From contig NC_085842.1 of assembly GCF_035594765.1 (NCBI RefSeq), positions 41,640,782 to 41,704,781 of the forward strand: 64,000 nucleotides of DNA. The letters are read 5' to 3'. Positions 1-12,759 of the stretch are shown here, one piece after another (within the stretch, counting starts at the first letter, position 1; every line of letters begins with the position of its first letter). The notes under the pieces were generated by a model. The model worked only from the letters and a program-made list of their open reading frames with translations, was not told where the DNA came from and searched no databases. The position numbers were made by a program, and so were the translations under genes. Source of the stretch: Anolis carolinensis. Its lineage: Eukaryota.

Positions 1-57
1 GTAGTGAATTTCTTTGTTTTGAGTGCTTGTATAGTGGGTGCTTGGTGTCTGCTAGGG

Positions 58-192
58 CAGTGGTTCTCAACCTGTGGGTCCTCAGATGTTTTGGCCTTCA
101 ATTCCCAGAAATCCTAACAGCTTGTAAACTGGCTGGGCTTTTTGGGAGTTGTAGTCCAAAACACCTGGGGACCCACAGGTTAAGAACCACTG
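58..192. mobile_element. hAT-type palindromic MITE
   Basis: TIRs CAGTGGTTCTCAACCT / AGGTTAAGAACCACTG; internally palindromic; 8-bp TSD tgctaggg/tgcaaggg (7/8). Confidence 0.85.
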
Positions 193-204
193 TGCAAGGG
201 TTTG

Positions 205-399
205 ATTCCAGGATCTCTTTATGGACACCAAAACATACGAAAGCTCAAGTCTTATTATATACAATGATATAGTAAAATTTTATCCCTTGTATAAAATGAC
301 AAAATCAAGGTTTACTTTTTAATTTTAAACAAATATTTCCAAACTGTGGATGGTGGAATTTGTGGATGCAGAATCTATGGATATGGAGAGCTGACTGTA
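205..399. mobile_element. Degraded Tc1/mariner-pogo (Tigger-like) non-autonomous fragment
   Basis: Ends in GGATATGGAGAGCTGACTG-TA, resembling a Tigger-type TIR followed by TA; left end not resolved. Confidence 0.5.
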
Positions 400-1274
400 T
401 CAACAGAAATACGATACCAATGTTTGATTGGAAATTAAAAATTCTGATAGCAGGTTTAGAGAGAAGGGGAAATATCAGGTTACATGCATTTATGGCTATA
501 AGACATGCCAACTAGCACATGGAACTTGAGCATGCAAATAAGACATGATCAAAATAGTTTTCCTGCATGTACAGTTCAAACCTGTTCATGGAAGATCTAC
601 TATGATCTGTTACTTGTTAGTCTTCCCCTTCAGTTGAATGGGCACTGGACCATAAGCTTCTGTTTAGTATACAATTTCTCTATGCTCCCTTCTCTTCCAA
701 GATTTTTTTTTAAATATTAGGTTTTACTCACAGCATATGGGACTCAATGTTACATTCTGGTTCTGGAATTCAAACCAAGCTTTTGGAGGATTATGTGTCC
801 CAGGCTAGCCTCAGCTGTTTAGAATTACTTCTGAATTTGGCTAATGTAGGTGAACTAAAAAGAGAACAAAGGTTTTTGTATGGTTCTCTTTCTTGCTATT
901 TTTCTTTTTAGAAAAACCTTCTCCTCCTCCTCCTTCTTTGTTTTTATTGGATATTGACTGGTATGCTTTAATTCAACAATATAAATGAAAATTGCAGGAA
1001 AGGGCGAGGGGAGCAGAATACTCAGAAGAGTTATAATCACTTCTGCTCCAGTTGGGAAAGTTACTCATGGTAGAACAGATTTTTTTAAAAAAATCTCAGC
1101 AGAATTTACCTGATACAGTTGTTCATTTGTTCATTGCAAACATATTGTTTGCTGTATCTTGCTTTCCATTTATTTTGAAAATATTTGTGCAAACACATTT
1201 TTCCCAACTTGCCTAAATATAATAGTTTGTGATTGTGTAGAGCATGACTACTTAAATATGTTGACCCCAAGGAC

Positions 1275-1537
1275 CAGGCCCGTAGCCAGGATTTTGGTTT
1301 GGGAGGGGCTGGGGGGGGCTGAGTCTGAGTGAGAGAGGATTTCCCTAGCAAACCTTTTGTATTGTTACCCCAATACCCCCATGCATATGGGATATATTGA
1401 GCATGGTGATCAGATCATGATATGAATAAACATAACAGTTTAAATAATAAATATAAGGCCTTCTCGAGGACCACCCTGGGAATTTCGGGGGGGGGGGTGA
1501 AGCCCCTCACCCCCCCCCCCCCCCGGCTACATGCCTG
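1275..1537. mobile_element. hAT-type MITE with G/C-run subtermini
   Basis: TIRs CAGGCCCGTAGCC / GGCTACATGCCTG; perfect 8-bp TSD ccaaggac (1267-1274, 1538-1545). Confidence 0.85.
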
Positions 1538-3177
1538 CCAAGGACAAAAAGGAAGGCAATTTGCAAGGGAGGAAAATTGTATATATGCTCATTTGGAAAT
1601 AATTACTATCATTAACATAAAATCATGGTACATCTCACTATACTACATCTCACCTAACTCAAAAACCTGTCTGTGTATTCTGTCTGTTGACCAGGTTTCA
1701 AACTGTGAAAGGACATCTTCAAGGTCCCTGCTCTCCCTTGTTATGGTTCTTTATCTTTAAATCAGACAGCTTCAAGCAGAGAACTATGCCTGCCCTGTGT
1801 CCCACATGCATATTGATAAGTGCCTTCGATTCCATGCTGTGATCAAAAACATAAATAAGCAAAAGGACACCAGATCATCCCAGGTGAGTAAGAATAGCTT
1901 TAGTGGAATGGAGAACTCTAGTCATCCTTGCTGCTTTAAATCAAATAGTCCAGCACTAGAACCTTACAGTCTAGAATCAACTAAATTAAAGGTTAGGAGG
2001 AGGAGGAGGAGGAGGAGGCATAGTAGTGATAGAAGAAAAAGATAATGAAGGGGGGGAGGAGAGGAGGAGTATATTTTTAAATAGGGTTTAGCAAGAGTTC
2101 TGATGCAATTCCATTTCACAATGTACTATATAGGAGCTCTTTCCTCTGACATCTGAAGCTAGAGCAGTTGGAAAAGACCTTTGATTGAACTGAGGACGGA
2201 TGTTTGATGAGCCATAGATGAAATTCTACATAATTTAATGTTAGTCTTCTTTTTTTGTAAGAAGCATTGAATTCAGCCTTAGAGAAATGTGGAATATAAA
2301 CAAAGTGAGGGATGGATGCATAGATATTATATAAGACAGCTGCTTCATTTGTCTATACTTTTCTGTAGGGAAAATTGGGTTTTAGTAATCAATGGTGTTC
2401 TGAATTCCTTGTTTGAACACCTCAGCAGGTATTGAAGTACATTTTAAATCCAGAGTTAGTTTCAATGTAATTGAGAACAGCCACAGTAGATGAAATCATG
2501 ACTCCAGAATACCAACTCAAAAGAAGTGCAGTTTGCAAGAAGTACAGTGCTAGATTTCTTGAGGGCAGAACAATGACGAGAAACTCTGATGGTTGCCACT
2601 TGCCAGCAATAATTCAAAGCACTCATTCCATAGTTTGCTCTGGGGCAGTGTAGATCACAGCATAGTCAAAATTCTTTCACTTGCATCTCAGAGAACTTGC
2701 TAAATTTGTGAAACCTTACACAGCAGGGATCGGATGGGTGAAGCTTTAGGCTAACAAGGATGAATACGCTACTCTACTCCAGTGAAGAAGAAGCCTAGAA
2801 TGTTTTAGTGAACAGAAATAATGAGTCCTCTTCAACTGAGTCATTTAGCAAATTTCCCAAAACTGAGGAGAATCTGCTATTCTTCTCTGACAGAAAGCAA
2901 TGTAGGAAGTATGTGGGGAGTCACCATTTCAGGTTAATCAACATTGTGCTTTGGTCTAATTACCAAAGACTTTACTTCGCGTTTGGTCATGGATAAATGA
3001 GATATAAGGTATTCAACTGTCTTGTTCTGCCAGTTACAGTGAGTCTACTTTAATTATGTGAGTGGGGAAAGTCTGAATCCAGTGTCCTAAAAGTGAGTTA
3101 TGACGTTCCTATTTCTAAAGCACTTTAGGGGCAAATTCAAAGCATGTCATTTGCATTTTCCAAGTGATCCTTAAATG

Positions 3178-3179
<2 letters not shown>

Positions 3180-3222
<43 letters not shown>
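3180..3222. repeat. (TA)n microsatellite
   Basis: Directly visible. Confidence 0.95.
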
Positions 3223-3225
<3 letters not shown>

Positions 3226-3250
3226 CATCAGAATTTAGTTCTCCACATGG

Positions 3251-5536
3251 TGTTATCGAGACTGCGATTTGCCGGGATCTGCCCTGTGAGGGAGATCCGA
3301 CCGCTCCTCCTATGAGGGAACGAACCTTGGCGAGCCTCAGGGAAGCAGAAAATAACCCAGAATATAAATTTACCTGAGACCGAAAGGAAAAAGACTCTGC
3401 CAAGTTGAAGGAAAAACTGTCAAAGTGTTTATTAAAACAATTCAATTGTTTTGGACATCCGCCGCGATAGATCGACATGCGAGATGTAATTTTACATTGA
3501 GAAATAAAGCCATTTTATACATTTTCAAGTTTGAAGTCTGTTTGAACTTCTCGCCCCATCCCTCCGCTCATCTGGCTGCTGATTGGGCAAGGACGCCGCA
3601 CTAGGCGGGAGTTGGGTTTCCCGCTCTGTGGCCGAGCCAATGAGGAGCAACCCTCGCCTCTGCCAGGGCCAATCAGGTTGGGGAGGGCGGGAGTCAGCTA
3701 GACAATGGGTTTTGGTGAATGAATCATTGGAGTTATCTTATGCAAAGCGATCACCCGAGGCTAGCGCCTTCTAAGATAATCTTAAGATTATTGCTGTTTT
3801 TGAATAGGGTCATTTGGGATGTCCGGGGTCCTTTACGCACGTACACAGTTCATGAATACCTTGAGGTATGGCGGAGATGTCAGTTTATATTGACACTATG
3901 GGATTACAGACAGGACCAGTGGGGAGTCTTCCTTTGGCTCCCCAGGGGTCCAGGATGGGATTGTGGTCAACATTACCATATGAGATACAATCACCCGTGG
4001 GGCTGCTCCGATCTAAGGTGACAATCTCTCACTATGGGCCATGCAGATGCAAATAGATAAGATTTCATGGTGACAGTTTATCCTCTTTTGTGCGAAGCCC
4101 AGAATCTAGGGTGAGGAAAGGCAGGGATTTCCGGGTCAGCTAGAGTTCAGACTGTGCCTCCTTTGATTGAAATATACTAGGGAATATAGAAAATCATATC
4201 TTATCAATTTCCACCCAAAATTGCCGAAAAATATACTAAATATTAGCGTTTATAGCTTATTTTTCCTTTCCTGCGCTAATAGCGCATGGCGGGAGGCGCT
4301 TAGGCAAGAAACGCAGGTTTGACAATCAGCTGATGATTGAAGAAGAAATGGAAAAAATGATCTCTGTTGGTTGTCTTTTAAAGGTTAGGCGATTTTAGAC
4401 ATAAATATGAATTAGGGTATTTTTTGGTGCGAAATTGAGTGAGTTCTGAGTGAAAGTATAGGCTGGGGGGGGGGGTATGGGATATCGCAAGTTTCCTGAG
4501 AACCAGGAGGAGATTCAGATTCCCTCCAGTTTTAAAGCAAAGGAAGGAACCCAGGTTTTTCTGTAATATCTTATATATAGGAGGGAAATATGTGGGTTTG
4601 GGGGTTTTCCTGGGAACCCATAGACCAAATTACCTTTGGTTAATCAGCTAATAAAGAATTGATCCCAATATTTCATAAACATATAAGCATGCAATTCATG
4701 GAAAGTTCATAAACAGCTCAGGCAATTGGAAGTTCATAAAAATAATAAAGTGAAAGAATTCCTGTTGATCTCTGTTCTTGGTAACCCAGCGATTCATAGA
4801 ACTGAAGACAAGTATATGAATGAGAAGTCCGGTCATTCATAAAAATGAAGATGAATGAATAGGAGAAATTCATCCAGGAGCTCTTTCCGCAGTAGAGATC
4901 ATAGCTGGTCCTTGAGGAAACTACATTTCCCTTCCAGGGAAGATGGCAGTCCACTACCAGCAGCCCTGAGAGAAGCTTGTGTCCCTGCAAAGGCAATCCG
5001 CCAGCCGCGGGAGCTGGGAAGCGGCTGCGGCTGTAAAAGAGCGATCGGAGCCGGCTTTTTGACAGTCAGCTGATCCGAAGTTTTAAACTGGACCGATTCT
5101 GGCGCTGTTGGTGGTCCCGGAACCAGGGGCTTCCAAAAGTGTTAGATATAAAAGATGGGCATGCTTGGAGTATTTTTGGTAAAGTTATGGGTCAAGTTGT
5201 TCCATTCGCCATGTTACGCAATGGCAGGGAGAGCTCAGGAGGCTTCCCGCCAGAGTTGAACGGCGGCTGGGTTAGTGGAAGATAGAAAAAAGGTTTTGCA
5301 TGCAGCGAGGCCAGAAAAAGGGATACAAAATAACCACTGGAGAGAGCTTCAAGTTAAAAGAAAGGATACTTTTATTGGGGGATTAGTTACAATGTTAGGA
5401 CTGGGGGGAAAGTGATAAAAGAAATTAATAATAATTCGTTGTGGTCCGTGCACTCTCCCGCTTCGCTGGTGATCCGGATCTGTGGAACTCCCCGCAGCAG
5501 GTCAGATGAATTTAAAAGCGGGGGTCTCGGTCATCA
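3251..5536 (-). mobile_element. Long solo LTR (2286 bp), ERV1/Gypsy-like; same family as 20384-22486
   Basis: TG...CA termini with short inverted repeat; 4-bp TSD atgg (3247-3250, 5537-5540); minus-strand TATA (3513-3519) and AATAAA (3428-3433); collinear blocks shared with 20384-22486 (TGATGACCG start, AATCGGTCCAGTT, ATCAGCTGACTGTCAAA, GCCAAGGT-CGTT). Confidence 0.85.
3513..3675 (-). promoter_or_regulatory. LTR promoter: CCAAT boxes, E2F/CDE-like + CHR (TTTGAA), TATA
   Basis: GATTGG 3581, CCAAT 3637 and 3669, TTTGAACTTCTCGCC 3541-3555, second TTTGAA 3530-3535, TATAAAA on minus strand 3513-3519. Confidence 0.55.
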
Positions 5537-6064
5537 ATGGGAAGCCTGAAGAGACTGGGAAACTGAAAGGCAGTAGCTTGTCTTAAAATGAGGTGGGTGA
5601 AACCTACTGTTTCTACTTCTCAAAGCTTGATCACAGAAATGGCTGTGTCTCTCTAATTGGTTGGGTACCAAATCCACCTCTTATTTTAATCCAGGCTTTA
5701 AAGGCATCGTTTATGGTCCTGAACATCATTGTCAAAATATGTTAAATGCCCTCTTTGAAACTAATTTAAATCTGGGGCAGATTCATTGCTCCACCAACCA
5801 CTATTGTCTGCTCTGGGTCTCAAGACATGAGTCCTCTTCTCTAGTCCTTGTTGCTACTCATGGTTTAGTATAAGCTTTCAGGAGAGTGGGAGAAATCTCA
5901 TAGTAAGAGCAGTACCTTGAAAAGTCTACACATTTCCTAATTTCTTAGACTTGACGTTCTTTATTTTAGTGGCATGTTCTGTGCAACTGTGGATGGTTCT
6001 TAATTGTGGTGTCATCACAAGGAGATGATTGCTAGATCTCAGATTTTGGCCCTGAAACCTCACA

Positions 6065-6145
6065 TATAATAATAATATAGTAATAATAAAACCTTATTTC
6101 TACTCTGCCCTATCTCCCCAAAGGGTCTCGGGTAGGATTCCAACA
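6065..6145 (-). mobile_element. L2 / Anolis SINE2-type 3' tail fragment
   Basis: Reverse complement resembles the CCCGAG-CCC-GGGGAGATAGGGC..AAATAA tail with a (TTA)-rich end. Confidence 0.5.
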
Positions 6146-6574
6146 AACAATGCCTTCATAAAACAGATAAATATTGGCATAAAATCCAAACAAGACCCCA
6201 CATATGAAAACAGTGTTAAAAACCTAACATAAAATTAAACCTAATATGAGTGAATTGAACATAACGTTGATATATTAAACCAATATAATCAAGACAGAAT
6301 CAGACAAGAATTATATAGTGACATAAAATCTATACGTTCACAGTAATTTACAAAAACTAACTGAAGTTCAACACAGTTGTGTGGGTTGGATTATGTAGCC
6401 TATGGTGGTAAATTGGGCTGACATAGACTAACAGAGCCCAGATACGCAGCCTGGAATGATCCTAATATAGCAATGCTAAGTTCACTAGATGTTGGGACCT
6501 GCAAGCTTCTTCATGTCTGACCATTTGGCATGTTGGCTGGTTATGATGGGTGTCATTTTTTAATTACATTAAAT

Positions 6575-6933
6575 AAGGTGTCTCTAAACTAAGGTCCATG
6601 AGTCGAATGCAGCCCTCCAAGGATATTTACCCATCCCCACCCAAATCTTTACCTTAGGGTCACCCTAAGCCTGAAACGACTTGTAGGTACACAACAACAG
6701 CAATCCTAATTAACTTGACTATCTTATCAGCCAAAAGCAGGCCCACACTTCCGATTGAAATACTAGTAAGTCTGTATTGGTTTAAATTGTTCTTCATTCT
6801 CAATATTGTATTGTTTGTTCCTGTTTTTTGCACTACAAATAAGATATGTGCAGTGTGCATAGACATGTGTTCATATTTTTTTTCCTAAGCAACTGTGAAC
6901 TGGGCCTCTGTTTTAAAAGTTTGAAGAACCCTG
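6575..6933 (+). mobile_element. Non-autonomous hAT, OposCharlie1 (OC1)-like
   Basis: Degenerate CAGGGGTCCTCAAACT-type TIRs; internal AAGATATGTGCAGTGTGCATAG; 8-bp TSD cattaaat (6567-6574, 6934-6941); homologous to 32277-32957. Confidence 0.8.
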
Positions 6934-7494
6934 CATTAAATGAATACTGCTTTTTCCTGAATGAGATCTCTGATCTCTGTATTGTTCTGTGATATACATC
7001 CCTTTGTGATCAGCCAGTTTGGAAGTACTCATAACCAAAAACTTAAGCCAGCTGCTTGACTCCTGGAAGACAGCAATCCATTCCTCTCACAAGGTGTAAA
7101 CTGCCCTAAGGAAACCCATATGGATACTGGATAGATAAAGTTTCAAAAGACAGCTGCATGATAAATGAGTTCCCAATGATGGGGAAGAGATAGTATTTTC
7201 ATTCCCATAAGACATTCAGTTCAGGAATGTTGCCTAGTTTTCTCTCAGAAACATTGGTAAGGCTTTTGTTGAGAGAAAAAGCTAGTGAGGGAAGGGATAA
7301 CCCTTGGCCACCTCACATTTATAAATAGAAGGCTTCCCCAAAGCATTTTAGACTTACACACAAACATTGCAACAATAATGATTTTATCCTTGGGGGTAAT
7401 TTCACTGCCAGAAATGGAACAAATATTTCAACCCAGATTCTTTTCCAAGATACAGTATTTGGCCCAAATATTTATTTGTTTGAAAGTTTGTATG

Positions 7495-7690
7495 ATGTAG
7501 TATTTTGAGTGTTGGACAAGGACACTGGGTGACTAGAGTTTTTATCACTTCTCAGCCATGGAAACCCACTCAGGGTCACACTCTCTCAGAGGAATTCAAA
7601 GGCAACTCTCCCTGAACAAATTCTACCAAGGAAACCTAAGGAGAGGGTTGCCACAAGTCAAAAATGACTTGGAGGCACACAAAAACAAGT
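7495..7690 (+). mobile_element. tRNA-derived CORE-like SINE with RTE-type tail (old)
   Basis: CAGCCATGGAAACCCACT...CACACTCTCTCAG core and GGGTTGCCACAAGTC...GACTTGGAGGCACAC-AACAA tail; related copies near 38875, 42480 and 44365. Confidence 0.65.
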
Positions 7691-8385
7691 ATCTTCCTTT
7701 ATCAGATAAATAATCAATGCTCTTTATTTGTTGTTGGGTTTTTTTAAAGCAACAAGAAAAACAAATCCTGTCTGTTTAGGTCCATAAAAAAAGTGGTCCC
7801 AAGCCATTTAAAAACAAAACAAAACAAGATGTATTAGTCATTTCCCTCAATAAAGGGCTTCCTGGAAACTTGTTGGGATCTATATCTGTTGTGAAGTGTT
7901 CTTTTTTGTCCTTAGATTTTTCTACAGCAATTATTGATCCTCTCTATTTGCATATAGATGGAGTTTCCTCCCAAAGCACAGAAAAGCATCACACTTCTTC
8001 TCCCCATTATGATCTGTTAAGTACTCTGGTTAAGCACGCAGCTCAGGTGAAGTCATGATTATATGCTTCCAACACCTGTGAGCAAATCCTCAATTTATAC
8101 TGCTGCCTTCCTAATCCATTAGAATCACCCATATAAGTCCCTTACCATTAAATCTTCCTAATTTGAACGACAAATATTAATCTCTGGTAATCAGCAATTG
8201 AATGGACAAATAATACAACTTCTTCTGGCCTCCCACCCATACAAAATAGTTTATTTGGTGATAAAAACTCACTCACTGGAGTATTCCTATACCTCTATCT
8301 CTGAGCTGTGAACCCACCTAGAATTCCAAATATACATAGACCTTATAGAATTAATCTTGTTTTGTTCTCCTGTGGAACTGAAATA

Positions 8386-8710
8386 AGGTAAAGGTTTCCC
8401 CTGACGTTAAGTCCAGTCATGTCTGACTCTGGGGGTTGGTGCTCATCTCCATTTCTAAGCCGAAGAGCCAGCGTTGTCCGTAGACACCTCCAAGGTCATC
8501 TGGCCGGCATGACTGCATGGAGTGCCGTTACTTTCCCACCGGAGTGGTACCTATTGATCTACTCACATTGGCATGTTTTTGAACTGCTAGGTTGGCAGAA
8601 GCTGGAGCTAACAGCAGGCACTCAAGCCTCTCCTGGAATTTGAACCTGGGACCTTTCGGTCTGCAAGTTCAGCAACTCAGCGCTTTAACACTCTTCGCCA
8701 CCGGGGCTCC
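8386..8710 (-). mobile_element. Sauria SINE (full length)
   Basis: (ACCTTT)n tail, GTCATGCCGGCC..ATGACCTTGGAGGTGTCTACGGACAAC body, tRNA-like head; TSD gaactgaaata (8375-8385, 8714-8724). Confidence 0.92.
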
Positions 8711-9299
8711 TCTGAACTGAAATAGTCACCCACAAATGGCAATGGGGAAATGAAGCACAATTTGGAGCTGCATTGAATGTAAGAAGAGTTTGTGCTTGTT
8801 TTCCAAGGGTCTCACTTATTCCCTCATTTATAATAGCTTACCCGCTATTCAATCACAAAGGATGTGCCATTTTCCATGGGTCAAGGAAGAGGCCTGCTTC
8901 CATAAGCCCATTAACATGAACTTAATGACTTTATCACATAAGGCTCCTAAAAGTGAAAATTACAGCAGGATAAATGTGCCTGTTGATGGACCTACCGCTC
9001 AGTGCTGTGGCTGTCTTATAGTCACATTGTACTTGAATCATAATAGGATCATCTGTTTTCATTGACAAGAAAAAAACCTAACAATAAATCTAATAATGCT
9101 GTTGTTCCATAACTTTCACTGTGAAATAATTTGCTTCATCTGCATGTCCAGCATTACAAAATAGAGACAAATGCTGAAACTGTATGACTGTGCAGTTGTG
9201 AAATTAAAAAAATAAAAGAACACAGTGTGCATGTGAGATCAGGCAACCACAAGTAGGAAGTGAAGTTGTGCTGAAGACTAGTTGAGGGAGTTCACATTA

Positions 9300-9658
9300 C
9301 AGTGTTCCCTCACTACTTCGCGGTTCGCTTTTCGTGGACTCGCTGTTTTGTGGTTTTTTAATAAACACTAAAATAATATTATAATAATAAATAAAAATTG
9401 TGATTTACAGTGGCGGTGGTCTCAGTCGGGTGTGGACGGTGGGGCGGAGAAGGAGCCCAAATAGTAGCGGGAGGAGAAGGAGGCGGTACCATGTTCCCCT
9501 GCCTCTTTCTTCCCTCCCTCCCTTCCTCCCTCCCTCCCTTCCTTCCTAAGGAGAAGCCTAGCATCCCTAAGGTGAAGCCTAGCATCCCTACTTTGCAGAT
9601 TTTCATTTATTGCAGGTGGTCCTGGAACATAACCCCCGCGATAAGTGAGGGAACACTG
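9300..9658. mobile_element. Tc1/mariner (Tigger-like) MITE
   Basis: TIRs CAGTGTTCCCTCACT / AGTGAGGGAACACTG flanked by TA on both sides. Confidence 0.88.
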
Positions 9659-10317
9659 TAACAAAATACTAGCATTGTGAAATTGCGCTGTGGTATGAAA
9701 GAGACCATTCTAATAACAGTACATTTCCATTTGTTTAAGCAATGTAATTGCAATGAGACAACAGGCTGGTCTGATAAAGTCATAACCCCATTTTTGGAGA
9801 AGCATGGGGAGCTCTGAAATACTATGGTAGAAAGGCAAGCCAAGTACTAAAATGCCTGGCCTTTGTGATTTTTTAAATATTTTTGTAGCATCATTAGGTC
9901 AATAGATATGACAGCCAAATTATCCTAACTCAGTAAATTAGCATCAATAAGCCATTAACCAACTCCTAACAGGTGTGACTTTTAATAGAATAATTTAGAA
10001 CATGAAGTACAATGAAATTGTAACCTTTACCAAGGAGAATTTCAGAAATCTGAATAGCAAAGACTAGAAAATTAATTGTAAAAACTGGTAGCAGAATATA
10101 CTGAATAGACATGAAGGAGGATAATGACCTTGAAATAAAAGGATAACTTAGCAAGTGCAGAAGGACAATGATGATTTATCTGGTTGCCTTACACAAATAT
10201 TGCAAATCAGCTTTGAGATATATGATAAATTGTGAAAAGACTATTAGATTCACAAAGAGAATGTTTTTACAGGAATGCTATAGAGTGTAGAATTCTTATT
10301 TTTTCTCTCCCTTCACA

Positions 10318-10470
10318 ACATAGAATCATAAACTCATAGCATTGGAAGAGCTCACAAGGACTATCTAGTCCAGCCCCATGCTATGATGAAAAACACAATC
10401 AAAGCACTTCTGACTGATGGCCATTCAAGCTCTCCTTAATAACCTGAAGAAGACTCCACCATACTCCAGT
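10318..10470 (-). mobile_element. CR1 LINE 3' end fragment
   Basis: CATAGAATCATA tail and similarity to the CR1 3' UTRs at 39632 and 41883. Confidence 0.75.
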
Positions 10471-11399
10471 ATACGTCTTTTGTTTGTTTGTTTATGGGGC
10501 TTTTTTGGGGGGGGGGGGGTTATCATTTTGCTTGAGATTTTGGGTACAAATCTATGCATAATTACTAAATTTCAAGTGGCTTATTCCAGACTGCATGCTC
10601 ATAGGAGTGCAGACTTAATTAAATTGTATCAGTGTTGGCTATGGCTATGGTAGGTGCAATGTAACAATATGTTTATTAGGGTAACACCTGCTAAAAATCC
10701 AGTTCTACTGAATTCCAGTTGTAAAGCCATGCCTGCTTAAATCTCTCCTTTGCAAGGGTGGCAGATATTTCATTTCAGATCATCAAAAACAAGCACATCA
10801 AAATTATGACCATTTCATTAGTTTGTTAAGATACGTCAGCTAAAGGCACATTACCTGCTTCTGAACAAAAATATTTCAGATTCGGCCATCAATATGTTAA
10901 AAAAGTGTCAAGAGCCCGTGTACTGCTTCATCTTTTACATGGGCATATGAACAAACTAAGAAGGCTTCCCTGGCTATAGTTTCCTGTGATGAAAAGGATA
11001 TGAAGCAGTAGTTTCAAGTTGGCTTAATATTGTGGCTTGACTGGAGGTCAACAATGCAGGTTCTTTTATTCAGATATAATGGGCTACTGTAACAAGCTGA
11101 AAACTTCATGGTTTGGGCCCTGGCTCATATAAAGGCAGAATAGCAGTGGTCCTATGTGGGAGGGTGGATAGAGACTGCCTCAACATAATGACTGCATTAT
11201 GGGCCATTTTCTCTATGAGAGAAATAGCATAACTAGGTTTCCCTGAGCCATGAACCTTAAAGATTCAAGTATATGTTGTCCCTGCAGAGAACACAGTTGG
11301 TGGCATTAATCAAACAACTACAGCACAAGGACTCTGTCTTTCTCATAACCAGTGGTTCTAATTTATATGCATCAGATGCAGTCTATTAAACCTTCATTG

Positions 11400-11480
11400 T
11401 GGTATTTCTGGACTGGGTCTACTTCATCAGATGCATATGACAAAGTAGACTCAATCTACAAAAGCATATGCTACATATTT
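11400..11480. mobile_element. Degraded inverted pseudo-LTR remnant of a second Penelope-like lineage, with decayed hammerhead motifs
   Basis: Palindrome GTCTACTTCATCAGATGCATATGACAAAGTAGAC; minus strand reads CTGATGA-AGTAGAC-CCAG-TCCA-GAAA; plus strand ATGACAA-AGTAGA-CTCAA-TCTAC-AAAAGC. Confidence 0.5.
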
Positions 11481-11490
11481 CACTCTCTCA

Positions 11491-11629
11491 GGGCTCTTCC
11501 ACACAGCCATATAACTCAGAATATCAAGGCAGATAATCCACACTATCTGCTTTGAACTGGACTAGCTGAGTCCACACTGTCATATAATCCAGTTCAATTG
11601 GGATTTCATATAGCTGTGTGGAAGGGGAC
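11491..11629. mobile_element. PIF/Harbinger-type MITE
   Basis: TIRs GGGCTCTTCCACACAGC / GCTGTGTGGAAGGGGAC; 3-bp TSD tca. Confidence 0.8.
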
Positions 11630-12759
11630 TCAGTTAGTTGCTACAATTTCTTCTTTATTATAGAGTTGGGAAGCATTGATATAAATCAGGAAAGTTGAGT
11701 AAAGGTTGCAATAGTATACAACTGGGAGAGATTGAGGCCACTGAATTCAATGTATTTTTACTTGTGTGCACATGGCTCAAATTACAAAATGAAAATACAT
11801 TTCATAGAACCTTTATCTGAGCCCATAAACCTTTGCTCATCTTAATAACAGTTTGGATCATGGTGGATATCAATCACCTGAACCCTTGACTAATAGATTC
11901 AGCAATACAACCCATTAAAAGCTAATACAACTGACCGCAGGCATAATAAGTTAATTTAATTGGAAGCATAAATAGCTTCCATAAATATCGCAATTAACTT
12001 CTCACAGGTACTTCTGAAAGGAAAAAAAAAAGCTTACCAGGAAAAAGAGCCAGAAAAACCATTTAAATGGACGTTATGCTTGGATGCAATATGATTGCAT
12101 GAAATGGTTTCACCAGAATTGTAGCTTCTTGTAATATTAAAGAAACTATACAAAGTATTTAGTTCTATATTTTAAATAGATTTTGTATCTTGAATTGCTC
12201 ATTTAATGAAATGGAAAGCAGAATCACTATAATATAGATAGAAGACTTTGGCTGCTTTAAAAGTGGGGCAGTCAATGCCCTTTGGTTCTTGTATCAACTT
12301 TGTGGGAGTCATCCTTGGAAAAAAGATGTATGGGCAGGCTTGATTGATTTAACTATTATCTAGTGACCAGCTTAACCTCCTGTGGAAGGGAATTCCAAAG
12401 CCTGAGACCACTTACTGCAAAATTTCTGTATTAATCAAATGTGCCATTGAGAGAAAGCGTTCCCCTGAAGATCTCAAAACCCACCATTCTGTACAGAGAG
12501 ACTTGGGATGGAAAGAATATCCAAAGATTCAAACAGAAGAATGCGAAAGGAATTTCTCAAGTGTCATCACAACCCTTTCTCTCTCTTTTTTCAGACAGGG
12601 GCAGACGGCCAAATACTGTTCCCACCAGTATAGCCTATTTATCATGATGGCATCATTCTGCAAGATGTCCAGTGGAAGGTCCCAGAGTCTCAACATCAAC
12701 ATGGGCTGGCTATGACTGGCAACTTCCCTCCCTCAGACTCTCCCCACCTTCCCAGATAT

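Noticed and set aside
3868-4056. Antisense ORFs in the long LTRs with spaced similarity (GPVGSLP..QSPVG vs GPAGRLP..ESPLG at 21684-21902)
   Set aside because: Comparable similarity appears in several frames, and starts and stops do not correspond; DNA homology explains it without coding constraint
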